Made by a program: the position numbers and the translations under genes. From assembly GCA_951406725.2 (NCBI GenBank), contig OX597823.1, positions 1,488,001 through 1,552,000 on the forward strand: DNA of 64,000 bases, in the 5' to 3' direction. The notes below the pieces were generated by a model, which did no database searches, was not told where the DNA came from, and was given only the letters and a program-made list of their open reading frames with translations. This DNA comes from Octopus vulgaris (Eukaryota). Shown piece after piece: positions 36,891 through 54,714 of this stretch (its first letter is position 1; every line of letters starts with the position of its first letter).

Positions 36891-38997
36891 CGTATAAGTA
36901 AACGCTTGTTTTTGCGGATTCCTTCATAGGAACAGAAATTCCCAGCCGGTTCCAAAGAACTGATTCGGTGCTTATCACTGAGAAGGCGAAATCACACCGA
37001 AAAGACGGTTTCGAATCGCACTTTGTCCTGATTTGAAGTGTATTGCGTTACACTTTTATATTGAAGCTGTTTGACAAATAGAGATGGATGAGTACCAGAT
37101 GGGAAAATGATGATTGGTCGAACCCTGGGGAATGGTGCCCGAGCGGGTCAGCATCCCGACGACTAAAAGCAGTTAAATAGTGTGGAGGCGGGGTGCGTTC
37201 GGGGGCGGGCGAGTGTGTAGCACAAAGAAACTTCCATGCAGACACAAAGCACATTTCATATAAAACATAAACAAATATTACGTACAGAAAGACAACTGAC
37301 GTATACAGCCGAAACCAGCGCCCCCCCCCCCACACACACACACAATTACATCACCTTCCAATGTACACAAAACGCTATACAACAATCTGTCAACATCTTT
37401 TTATAAAGTTTTTCATTCTACAACTCTGTATCTCTCACTAAATTAAGTTATCCTTATTTAGTCCCCTTCTTTTTCTCTCTTCCTAAACATTCTTCCTTTT
37501 GTTCGTTCTCTTTGGTTTTCTTTATAAATTCATCTTTTCTTTTGTTTGTATTTTGTTGATTGTTTTGTTTTCTTCAAAGTCATAACGTCTTTTCCTTTCT
37601 TTTCTCCAGTTCTATTTTGGCTAAATTAAGATTCTGAAACCAAACAGTAGTAACAAATTCTATTTTGTACTCCCCCTCGACTCTCCCTCGACTCTTCCTC
37701 GACTCTTCCCGATTTCTTTTTCCACAAAAGTATTTTTTATTTAACCAAACGTATTTATAATTAGTTTAAATGCAAGTTAAAAATAAACGATTCAAATCCA
37801 AAAACAATTTAAGTGCATTTTAAAAATATTACAAAACAATAACGACACCAATGACAAAATATATCTAAAGAGAATTTTAAAACTGTTTTATTTGTCTGTT
37901 ACGATGGAAATGGATAATTCCTTTCGATCACCAATCCATTTCGTCTTAAAACCGAATGGCGCCGAACCAAAAGATTTCCAAGAAAGTTCTGCCAAATTTC
38001 CTGGCCCTGGTATTGTTGGACGTAGTAAAGTTGAGCTGAACATAATTTAGGTACTTAATGTAGTTTACTCCTAGATCGGTTCGACTTAATCAATGCTAAA
38101 ATAAAAGACAGTCCAGCTGTTATCACCCTGCCTTTATGTGTTTATATTTAGAACTACAGTATGTATGGTTTAAGGGTGAGTTGGCTGCTTTCCATGCAGA
38201 GATACAAATATTTGAACCATTACTTCTTTGGCAGAACCCAACGTCCGCAGTTTTATCCACTAGAATACAGAATTAACATGGTAAAACATTATTAATGAGA
38301 CAGAAGCGATTGTCGGTTATGTATCGTGGAAGGCTTTGCAGATATTACTCATAATCAAGCATTTGACCAACAAAAGGAATGGAGTAATAATCGCTGCAAT
38401 CACGAATTATTTATGAGATTCAAATACACCACTGCATTATATCTGAGAATCATTTGGTTCTTAGTTGTACCTATGAGTGATTTCGTCTGGTTATTTGTGC
38501 GGACGTCACATTGGTAAACTAATCTATTTGTCTTGCATACATTTGAGAAATGGCACTTTGTTCTATCCCTACAGCCGCATAAATAGTTAGGTGCATCTTC
38601 GTTCGTGTTGTATTGGGGGGGGCTAATGTTATTGAGATCTGTACCTAAGTTAGCAGGAGGCGCTGCGTTGGTGGACGGTTTAGTTCTATTAGTTGGTTGG
38701 TTTTATCTTTACTGTTCACAATCTGTCTAGTTTCACAGAATTTGTCTAGTTTTTTTTATTACTCATTGTGGCTAAGTTATTAGTCAGACTGTAGCCTATT
38801 GGTAAATCGTAGATGCTACCTTCATCTTTGCTTCCTTCTTTGTTATCTAATTAAATTAAAAGCATACCAGAAAAAACCACGAGTTTCCCCTTGTTATTAC
38901 ATCCATTGTCTTCTATATAACCTAAACTGCGGTTTAACAACCAAACCACCTGCTTCCGAACAACCTTACCCATGTTATAAGCAGGAGCGAGGATGGG

Positions 38998-39512
38998 GCT
39001 TCCTGGAAAGTTCCCAGAAATTCTTGGAAAGTTCCGAGGAGAGACTTTAGACTTCTCGGAAAATTCGGAGGACTTCATGGAAAGTTCCGAGGATATCCTG
39101 GGAAGTTCCGAGGGTGAGGCTTCCTGGAAACTTCCGAGGTTGGAACTTCCTTGGAAGTTCTGAGAATTTCCTGGAAAGTTCCGAGGATGGAGCCTCCTGA
39201 AATTCCACGGATTTTCAGCGAAAGTTCAGAGGGTGAGACTTTAAGCTTCCTTGAAACTTCGGAGGATTTCCTGGAAAGCTCCGAGGACGAGGCTTCCTGG
39301 AAACTTCCGAAGATGGGACTTCCTTGAAAGTTCCGAGAATTTTCTGGAAAGTTCCGAAGATGAAACTCCCCGGAAACTTCCGAGGGTGGAACTTCCTGGA
39401 AAGTTCCGAGGATTTCCTGGAAACTTCATCGGATGGAACCACTTGGAAAGTTCCGAGGATGAGACTCATGGGAACCTCCGAGGGTGGAACGTCCTGGAAA
39501 GTTCCGAGCACT
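38998..39512 (+). repeat. Degenerate minisatellite of TTCCTGGAAAGTTCCGAGG units with internal inversions
   Basis: Repeated ggaaagttccgagga / ggaaacttccgagg / ttcctggaa. Confidence 0.85.
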
Positions 39513-39521
39513 TCAAAGTTT

Positions 39522-39553
<32 letters not shown>

Positions 39554-39573
39554 TATATACAGATATATACATA

Positions 39574-39965
39574 TAGGCGCAAGAGTGGCTGTATGGTAAG
39601 TTGCTTACTTACCAACCACATGGTTCCGGGTTCAGTCCCCCTGCGTGACACCTTGGGCAAGTGTCTTCTACTATAGCCTCGGGCCGACCAAAGCCTTGTG
39701 AGTGGATTTGGTAGATGGAAGCTGAAAGGAGTCCATCGTATATATGTATTTACATGTATATGTGTGTATGTGTTTGTACCCCAACATCGCTTGACAACCG
39801 ATGCTGGTGTGTTTACGTCCCCGTAGCGGTTCGCCAAAAGAGACCGATAAATAAGTACTAGGCTTACAAAGAATAAGTCCTGAGGTCGATTTGCTCGACT
39901 AAAGGCTGTGCTCCAGCATGGCCACACTCAAATGACTGAAACAAGTAAAAGAGTAAAAGAGAAAA
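39574..39965 (+). mobile_element. Full-length tRNA-derived SINE with LINE-like 3' tail
   Basis: Head ggcgcaagagtggctgtatggtaag..gggttcagtccc; tail ggctgtgctccagcatggccacactcaaatgactgaaac(aagtaaaaga)n. Confidence 0.88.
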
Positions 39966-40549
39966 AGAGTATATACATATGTGTGTGTGCATGAATGTAT
40001 GTATGTACACTTAGATAAGTTTGTATACGTATATGTGTGTAAATATGCATGTATATGTGTGTACGAATGTGTGCATGCATGTATGTATGTATGTATGTAT
40101 GTATGTATGTATGTATGTATGTATGTATCAGTTCCCACTGATAAAAATATATCTGTTAAGCAATATGTGAAATCCTAGACGAGGATTCCACAATTCTTTG
40201 CTGAACAAGCCTTACAAATGTTTTGCTTGTAATGATCAAATATTCGTGCTGTTCTTTAGCACTGTCCCTCCATCAAATCAACGTTACCTGGACGGGCGAC
40301 ACGGTGTGCTGCACGCCAGGTGTCGAAGGGATACCAGCGCCCTAACCATTTGATTCTTCTCGATGTGTACTCTTTTCCAGAGACTGGAGAGACTAGATTT
40401 AGTTTTCTTCTTGTCTTGGGAACTGGCCAGACGTCGAGGAAATTCCTGAACAACAGGTTAATGAAGAAACCGAAATAAAATACACTCTACCTCAGCGTTG
40501 AGTACTATTTACCTGTTTGGTAGAAACAAACAAATACTGGTGTGTGTGT

Positions 40550-40614
<65 letters not shown>

Positions 40615-41569
40615 GTGTGTTCGTTTAAACATGCATCTATACAGACACAGATATACACACGTGCTCACAACTAGAGAAATAAACATGAAACTCCTTTGTT
40701 AAACTTTCAATTAATTAATTAATTAGACAAAACAAACAAATTAGTGAGAGAAGCATATTTAATTGATTCATTATCGGCGTTCTGTTCAGATTGTTTATTT
40801 GTTTATTTGGTTCTTTGGGATCGGAGCAAAAACTATTGACGAGGATGTCGAGAATTTTGTTAGGTGTGTGTGAGCATATCTTCGTGTAAACCTGTGTCCG
40901 TTTAGATGTTTATGCGTAGGAGTTTGTTTTGGGTGGGTCGGTGGATGCATGTGTGTGTATGCGTGCGCGCACCTGTGATGTTTGCGTGTATGTGTGTGTG
41001 TTACAAGATGAAAAGTGGTGTTCACCTCTTCTCCATCTCAGTTATGAAGCCTCACAGATTGATGATGGGACAGGAAGTTTGGCATTGAATAGAAATCGGT
41101 TCATTAAAACCATATGACCATCAACCGCAACTAACACACCACTACCGCCGCCATCACTACCACCATCACTACCACCGCTTCCACCAGTGCCATGAGCTGC
41201 ACCTGAGTGTAAACCACCACCAACTTCCTAAAGATTTCCTCTACCGCCAACACCGCCATTATCACCGCTGACACAACCATCATCAGCGTCACCATAAAGA
41301 CCACCACCAACACACCAAAAACAACGATCATCATCGTCATAATCGTCGTCGTGCAACCGACACTGGTGTCAGCGTTACCAACGCCGTTGCAGACACTACC
41401 GCAACCATTACGAACACCAACACCACACGTCACAAGTAATACTACAGCTACCACCATTGATGATGAGGAGGAGGGGGAGGGGGAAGAGGAAGGGAGGAGG
41501 GAGAGGAGGAGGAGGACACTTCAGTGGAAGATAATGTATGAGTGTTCGGTATTGCTGAACGACCTGCAA

Positions 41570-41785
41570 AAATGATCTGTTTTGTAGTGATCAAATGTTC
41601 GCGCCGCACATTAGCTTACTTTCTCCATCAAGTCGACGTGTACCTGAACAGGTAGGCGTCAGGTATCGAAGTGATCGCAAAGCAACGTGAGATGAATTGT
41701 TTTGCTCAAGAACACAACGCACCAACCGGTCTAGGAATTGAAATCATGACCTCGCGATCGTGAGTGTAACATCCTAACAACTGTG
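41570..41785 (-). mobile_element. SINE fragment
   Basis: ttttgctcaagaacacaacgcac..ggaattgaaatcatgacctcgcgatcgtgagtg is the reverse of the 36131-type head. Confidence 0.65.
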
Positions 41786-41789
41786 TCAT

Positions 41790-42794
41790 GCAAAAGAACT
41801 CTAAAATCGATGAACAACCTGAAACGTCTGCCACAAAACAAGCAAAACGGATCGAGCAGACTGCAAAAAAGAACGGGTAGAAACAAACTGAGGGGCGGTG
41901 GAGCCAGAAGCCTCTGCATGGACAGTATATACTTCGAAGTCGAAATGCTGATGTAGACCAGGCAACAACCCATTGAGAAGCTCAGGACTGAAAGCAGAGA
42001 CTGAAGGTTTCATAGTGGTGGCACAACATCAAAGCTTGCGCACAAAACACTACCAGGCTAAATTTCTTCAAAACGGTTCTGACCCTAAATGCAGATTCTG
42101 CAACACATTTGACGAAACAATGGACCATCTCGTTTCGGGATGTTCTGTGCTGACACCAAACGAATACAAAAATCGTTACGATAGGGTAGGACAGTATTTA
42201 CATAGAGAAATATGTAAACACTACAAAATCAGCGCTCCTACTTACTGGTACGACCATCATCCTGAGTCAGTCGTTGAAGGTATAAACGTCCCTATCCTCT
42301 GGGATTTCCCAGTCAACACCGACAGAACGATCCAAGTCAATCGACCAGGCATAATCATTAAAGACAGAGAAGAAAATACTTGTAGACTAATAGATGTAAG
42401 TGTTCCCACTGATAAAAATATATCTGTCAAGGAATTTGACAATTTGAGTCAATATAAACACCTGGAAATTGAAATACAAAAGATGTGACATATTAAAGCG
42501 AGAATTGTTCTTGTTGTTGTAGGTGCCCTAGGTATGATAAAAAAGAGATGTCAGAAACATCTAGATAATATCCCAGGAGAACCATGTCTCAAAGAAATCA
42601 AAGAGATTGAGCTGACACGTACTGCCCACATCCTTAGAAAAAACCCTATCCGTTTAAATGTCTGCGTTGTATTCCATGAAGATATTTCGCTTCTGCCCCT
42701 AACACTTGCTCTCCCCAAGCTTTCCGTCATACTGTGGCATCTCTTATCCTTCACTCGCCCCAGAACGATGTAACAAACATGCAGATTAAAGGCA

Positions 42795-42795
<1 letters not shown>
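41790..42795 (+). mobile_element. R4/Dong RLE-LINE 3' fragment ending in (AAT)n
   Basis: GLKAETEGFI, CRFCNTFDETMDHLVSGC zinc knuckle, ILWDF..TDRTI..NRPGIII, LIDVSVP, YKHLEIEI. Confidence 0.9.
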
Positions 42796-44160
<1,365 letters not shown>

Positions 44161-44209
44161 AATAATAATAATAATAATAATAATGATAATAATGATAATG
44201 ATAATAATA

Positions 44210-44248
<39 letters not shown>

Positions 44249-44294
44249 ATGGTGGTGGTGGTGGTGGTGGTGGTGGTGGTGGTGGTGGTGGTGG

Positions 44295-44343
<49 letters not shown>

Positions 44344-44389
44344 AAAAAAACTGCTGCCTTAGATATTCTGACTGATAAATGACAAAAAC

Positions 44390-47020
44390 GAAGTAAACAA
44401 AAGACAACAAACCCAGACCCTAGGGGTGTATAATAATGTACAAAAAGCACCAAACCAAAACACAAAAGACAAACATATGAATGAGAAGGAAGGCGAAAAA
44501 ATTTAAAACCTGGACACAGTGAAGAAGAGCCTAATGATTATGATACTCTGAAAATGAGAATAATCAAAAAACTGAAAACCACAGATCTCAGAACGGACCA
44601 CCGACCATACCTCCCAAAAATCAAAATAGACAATAAAACAACATCAATAATAAATTGTATAAACCTGGTCGTCACGGAACTGATAGCCACAGAAACAAAT
44701 AGCAATATCACTGAGCTAAATGACATGATATAGGCAGCAGCGACAAAAGAAGCTGGATACTCCCTCGAACCCATCCAAGCAGGAGTACCACCACCCAAAC
44801 AAACCCTGTGGATAAATAACATCCAAAACAAAATACAAGAAATGAGAAAAGATCTGTCGATTCTTAATGAAATCGGTAGACAATCAACGCTACTAAGCAA
44901 CAAAAAGAAAACAAAAATACTCCGCAAATACAACATCACAGAAAAAGAAAAGATAAAAGAAAAGCTAAAGCAGGATATCCTTGCCAAAGCACAAAGGATC
45001 CGCCGGGACGAGAAACGCCAACGTTTCTTTGAACAAAACGAACAGTTCAACTCCAACCCCAAAAAATTCTACCAAAAACTTGGCAAAAATAAAATAGATA
45101 TCAATGCAGCACCACCAGCAGAAGTGGAAGGATTTTGGAAAGAAATATGATCGGCGAAGGAGCAATTTCAGAAAAGGACTATCTGAGGAATTTCAACCAT
45201 GTTTCGTGGTCTGTTAGCACAACAACTCCTTTGTAGAAAGTGCGTCACTTTAAACTTAGAAACCTCCCAAAACTCCCCATATAACAAACCCAACTATAAC
45301 AACTGAAGAGGTCACCCAGGCACTGCAAAGACTAAGCAACTAGAATGCACCTGGGCACGACAAGTTCCCCAACTTCTGGTTAAAACATCTGACAGGAATG
45401 CACAAATAGCTGGCTGAAAACTTTAACGACATACTAGCAGAGCCAGAGACAATGCCTGAATGGCTCACGAAAGGGAAAGCCATCCTAATTACCAAATTCA
45501 ATGAAACGGCAAAACCACAAAAGTACAGACCTATAACCTGTCTCTCTACAATTTACAAAGCCTTTACCACAATGATATCGCAGAGATTAAGCAAGCATCT
45601 GGAAGAAAACAACCTGTTTCCAGAAGCGCAGAAGTGATGCTGCAAGGGCTCATATGGCTGTAAAGATCAACTAATGATCAATAAAGCCATAACTGAAAAC
45701 AGCCGCAGAAAGAAAGTTCTCAATATGGCCATGATCGACTACCGAAAGGCTTTTGATAGTATTCCCCACACGTGGATCCTCGAAACATTAACCATGATCG
45801 AGGTACCACCAATAATTATAAAATACATAAGACATTCTATGAATACATGGTAGACAGTGCTACAGCTCCAAACAAAAGAGGGACTTGTGAAAACCAAAGC
45901 CATCCCCATTAGAAGAGGAATATTCCAGGGAGACACGCTCTCTCCACTCCTTTTCTGCTTGGCACTGACACCTCTATCTGACATGCTAAATAGATCTGGA
46001 TGCGGATACAAATGTTACGGCAAAACAATCAACCACCTTTTATATATGGATGACCTAAAACTATACGCTACAAATGATAAACAGCTGGAAACACTACTAC
46101 AGACAGTTCATGGATTTACCAAAGAAATAGATATGAAATTTGGATTAGAAAAATGTGCCAAAGCAACCCTGAAAAGAGGAAAACTAGTTAAGAGTAGCAA
46201 CATCACACTAGATAAAGACAATGAAATAAGAGAATTAGGCCAAAGCCAGACATACGAATATTTAGGAAGCCATGAACTAGATACGATGCAACACAAACAA
46301 ATGAAAGAGAAAATAAAGAAAGAATATTATAGACGAGTTAGATCAATACTGAAAACAGAGCTCAATGCTAAAATGAAGATAATAGGTATAAATACTTTAG
46401 CCGTCCCAGTTATAAATTACAGCTACAATGTCCTTAACTGGACACTAAATGAACTGAACAAAATAGATAGGAAAACAAGAAAAATAATGACAGGATTTAG
46501 GATGTACCGCCCAAAATCTGACATAGAAAGGCTATATATACAACGTATAGAAGGTGGTAGAGGCCTTATACAGCTGGAAAATTATGATAAAATAACTACC
46601 ATGGGACTGCAAAAATATCTATTTCAGAAGCACGGAAAACTGATACAAATAGGAATCAATGAACTAGATACGATACAACACACACAAATGAAAGAGAAAA
46701 TAAAGAAAGAATACTATAGATGAGTTAGATCAATACTAAAAACAGAGCTCAATGCTAAAAACAAGATAATAGGTATTAACACTTTAGCCATCCCAGTTAT
46801 AAATTACAGCTACAATATCCTTAACTGGACACTAAATGAACTAACCAAAATAGACAGGAAAACAAGAAAAATAAATACAGGATTTATGATGCACCACCCA
46901 ACATCTGACATAGAAAGGCTATATATACAACGTATAGGAGGTGGTGGAGACCTTATACAGCTAGAAAGCTATTCCAAAATAACCACCATAGGACTACAAA
47001 AATACCTACTTCAGAAGCAA
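44390..47020 (+). pseudogene. R4/Dong family A central region with reverse transcriptase, decayed, with ~390-bp internal tandem repeat
   Basis: NPKKFYQ, APG.D, KYRPITCL, IDYRKAFDSIPH, RGIFQGDTLSPLLFC, LLYMDDLKL, ERLY..RIEGGRGL; 46264-46650 repeated at 46651-47020. Confidence 0.9.
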
Positions 47021-47199
47021 GCGTAGTATAATCTATATTTTTATAAATTAGAGGGGGTTATATGGCCTGTTCTTTCTAGCTGTTTTAACTTTTGACCTAG
47101 AGTTATATGCATTTGGGTCTAAGCTGTCGTAATCAGGGCCTCCTGGGGTTCTAGTATAGTGCATTATGACCTGTTATGATTATGATGGTTACCATGTCA

Positions 47200-48150
47200 T
47201 TGACTTGAGATATATGTTACTTGAGCCAAGAATTAGGGATGTATTTTACTTGTTTGGAAAAGTCGCTGGCAGGGAGCGCTTGGTTGTACTATGGGGCGTG
47301 GTTATGAATATTTCTTCAGTGGATGATGTCAGATTTACGAATTGAGATCCTCTTAACTATATTATCAAATGTGTATTTGTGGTGATTGGAATTAATGTTT
47401 AAGTTACTTGAGGTAATGGTTGGGCTTGTTTTATGGAGAGTTTGGGGAAGTATCTAAGTTTAAAGTGACGTCTAAAAAATCAGTGGTTTTGTGGGAATTT
47501 TCAAAAGTAATGGATAGATTGAGGTTAGAGAAAAATGTGTGCAGATCTTCCGGTGACTAGTAAAGTGTCCTCTCTGTATAGACTTCCCTTGATGTTAGGG
47601 AAGGGTATTCGGAGCTGATGGAGTAGGAATAGTCCAACGAGGTCGGTGACTTGAGGTAGAGTCGGATGATCCCATAGTAATGTCAAAGAATTTGCTATAG
47701 CTATTGTTATTGTTATAGTAGTTGGCTCAACACCAAAGTTTGTCCTCAAAAGAAATGACACTTTTACGGGCTTTAAGAATTATGTTAATTTCTAATAGGG
47801 TTAGGTTAGTTTGATTCCTAGCTAGTAGGGAGTTTGGTTTAGAAGTTTGGGAGAAATGGATTACTAAATTTTAGGAATGAAGAAGTGTTTTTGTTCTTCA
47901 AGAAATGGAACCATGTTATGACTTCAAATGTACAGGACCATAAGCTGACGTTCAATTTCTCCTTGAAGATTGGTATTATTTTATCCAGAATGTTCTTGCT
48001 TATTCTTCTCAGGTTAGATGTAGTAGGGCATATGAAGTGCATAGATGGTTTTGTTATCAAGTCCTTCTTAAGATCCTTAAGGTTGCAGTGAGAAGATATA
48101 GAGTAGTAGGGTTCTGTATGATCGTCCACGTGTAGATTGCAAGGTACTTA
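47200..48150 (-). pseudogene. Penelope-like reverse transcriptase remnant
   Basis: LKDLK, ICPTTSNLRRISKNILDKI..W..EVITWF, FDITMGS, QVTDLVGLFLL, SLYRED, DFLDVTLNL. Confidence 0.8.
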
Positions 48151-48184
48151 TATAGCCTTACCTGCCATTTCTGGATACCAATAC

Positions 48185-48239
<55 letters not shown>

Positions 48240-48274
48240 ATGTATATATATATATATATATATATGTGCGTGTG

Positions 48275-48314
<40 letters not shown>

Positions 48315-48409
48315 GAGGATAATATCGATATTTAAGTATCCATATTATGGATGTTGGTGTCTCTTAGACACCCTCATTTTTAATTATATATATATATATA
48401 TAAACATAT

Positions 48410-48645
48410 ACCTGTCTGTGTTTTGTGGCACGAAGCAAAGTAGGCCTTGCCATTCACTCAAAGTAACACATAATAAATAATCTACAAGCACTCAAGCAAA
48501 CAGAATCCTCAACTTGTTACATTTGCCAAAAGTGTTGCAAGGCACCAGCAGGCATCAAGAGACACATTCGTGTCCACAGAACCTGATCAGTTCTTTATTT
48601 TACTGAACCATCATTTGTCGGTCACGACAAGAGAATCCATAACGT
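48410..48645 (+). mobile_element. RTE-type LINE 3' end with two C2H2-like zinc fingers
   Basis: TCLCFVARSKVGLAIHSK*H..TCYICQKCCKAPAGIKRHIRVHRT* (stop 48584-48586) then short tail ttgtcggtcacgacaa hairpin. Confidence 0.6.
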
Positions 48646-48890
48646 AATTAGCTACTCTACATTGATAAGGGGCAAAAAACCCGAAACCGGTCTTTGGTGG
48701 CTGAACCAGCAATGGGCAGTTGATGAGCTCCCCTGTTCGAAGGTGTTACGGATGCACATCTGTGTGACACATAGCTAGCTAGAGGCGATGGCCCCGTGGA
48801 GATAATTAACGGCAGCATTCGTCCTATTTCTCTGGACTGCAACGTTAGCTTGGCGATGAATATATATATAACTCTCTCTCTCTCTCTATT

Positions 48891-48943
<53 letters not shown>

Positions 48944-49411
48944 TTGTGTATGTGTGTGTGTATGCATATGTATATATATATATATACATTAAGTTATTTA
49001 TAAATGTGTGCGTGTGTGTGTAGAATAATAAAGTAGTCATAATTTTGGATGATTATCTATATTTTTTTATTTATTTACATTTTTAACGCTCTCTTTCGTT
49101 ATCGGATTTATCAAAAAATGGTTTAAAGTTAAATTTCTAGGCCTTTTTATATACACAGAATTTTGTGGAGTTTGCCAAGCAAGGGAGGAGAAAGAAGAAA
49201 GAAATTTGTGAGGAAGAGGGGGAGGTAAAGAGGTGTGGCTTTTGTATTGGTATGGTCAGACCACACCAAGACAAAGCCACATATTGGCTCATATGAAGAA
49301 AGAATGGTAGACAGGCAGCCAGCCAGACAGACAGACAGATCGATAGATAAATGTGTGTGTGTATGCGTATGTGCCTGTGTGTATGTGCGTTGTGTGTGTG
49401 TGTGTGTCATC

Positions 49412-49731
49412 ATGCAATTATCGAATCGTGTAAATATAAGTCCGTTTCTTTCTGTTGTGATTGCAGGGAGTTTATACATTTATGCTGTGAGTGTTTTCGT
49501 TCCCGAACGCTTTGTTACCGCCAACCCCTTAAGTTTGTCCTTCATAAGAACGGCTTATACAACCAATAACTCAAAATGTGGCGTACAAGGAGTTATAATG
49601 AGCATCCATCCTCCCCGGGAGAAAGAGCATCGCTGTTCAAGCAGCATCATCAAAACATTTGGCTGTAGAGGTCAATGTTATTCATACACCGAAATGAACA
49701 GTAACCTCACAAGAGTCATTCGTTCCTGCAG
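49412..49731 (+). CDS. burs: Bursicon alpha-like cystine-knot hormone, coding exon 1 (signal peptide + N-terminal half of knot)
   Basis: ATG at 49412 (gtcatcATG) opens MQLSNRVNISPFLSVVIAGSLYIYAVSVFVPERFVTA|NP, with a hydrophobic h-region and VTA-NP cleavage-like site. It continues ...KCGVQGVIMSIH...HRCSSSIIKTFGCRGQCYSYTEMNSNLTRVIRSC. The CxGxCxSY...RSC pattern matches bursicon alpha. Ends at donor CAG|GTGACT (phase 2). Confidence 0.8.
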
Positions 49732-49740
49732 GTGACTATA

Positions 49741-52118
<2,378 letters not shown>

Positions 52119-52190
52119 TTTATTATTTTTATTATTATTATCATTATTATTATTATTATTATTCTCATTATTATTATTATTATAATTATT

Positions 52191-52259
<69 letters not shown>

Positions 52260-52280
52260 TTTATCATTATTATTATTATT

Positions 52281-53508
<1,228 letters not shown>

Positions 53509-53521
53509 CATTATTATTATT

Positions 53522-54632
53522 ATATGTTTGGCTTCTGCTTTGTATTTGTGGAAGTTGACTCCAAATCTCACCCAGGGACCTCAAGAGACCACAAGTTAGA
53601 AGTACAAGTTGGTGTTATGACTAGGGTGCCATATATTTGGTTTTGCCCACGGTATTGTTCTAGAGAATGCCTAAGTAAATTAAAAGTTTTCTTTAAAAGT
53701 AATTTGATTAGAAGATGATTGTCTGATGTTAAGATGACTGTAAAATATGTTTTCTATTCTGTATATTTAAAAGTATTCTGACACTGTTTACGGATTAAGA
53801 TGTTTGGGGGATTACATGGACAATATTTTACGTAGGATATGCGCAGTTCCCATGAGCACTATTTATTGAGTTTCTTCCATTTGGGGATTTCCGGATATCT
53901 GAGCTAGGTAGCAATCAGCCCCTTTTGCTATCATTCCTAGGGCACCTATGACAACAGGTATTGTTTTAGTCTTCAGGGTCCACATTTTGCCAATTTCTAT
54001 TTCAAGATCTTTATACTTGCTCAACGTTTTGGTAGGTCTTGAGAAAGACTTGTCGATTGGGACAGTCACATCGATGAGGAAGCATGATTTTTGTCTGAAA
54101 TCATTCGATATAATATCTGGCCTATTCGCATCTATCTTTCTGTCAGTTTGAGGAACATAGTTCCTAAGGAGTGAGATGTGATCATTTTCAAATACTGGAG
54201 GTGATTTGTGTTCCCGCTAGTTTTCATCTTGAGGTAGGTCAAAGCCTTTGCAAATTACCCAGTGAATATACTGTGCAGCTCTATCATGCCTGAGATACTG
54301 GGTGGGCGCAAGAAGGCTGCACATGGAGACATGGTCGATGACTTTTTGGAGCTGGATGACATTCTACATGGAGAAATGTAAGTCAAGGTCACCAAAGCGT
54401 ATAAAAAAAGATGGTGTTGAAATCCAACCTGAATGCCTAAATATCTATGCCCACTACCGTCGGGTTCACCCATGGTCTCTCCTGATGGTAATCTCAATCC
54501 TCTGCAGGCTGCTTTCTTCCCTGCAACATCTATTATCTTTACTTCTTTTTCATTTTTATGGATAAGAACGATATCTGGTTGTCTCGCCTCTATGACTTGG
54601 TCGCACTGCATATTAAAATCTCATATTATTAC

Positions 54633-54714
<82 letters not shown>

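Noticed and set aside
37893-38050. Short ATG-initiated ORF (MEMDNSFRSPIHF..)
   Set aside because: No family motif and no compatible splice partner found.
49467-49549. Alternative splice acceptors inside bursicon-like exon 1 (49465-66, 49547-48)
   Set aside because: Not excluded, but the in-frame ATG at 49412 already yields a complete signal peptide, so no upstream coding exon is needed.
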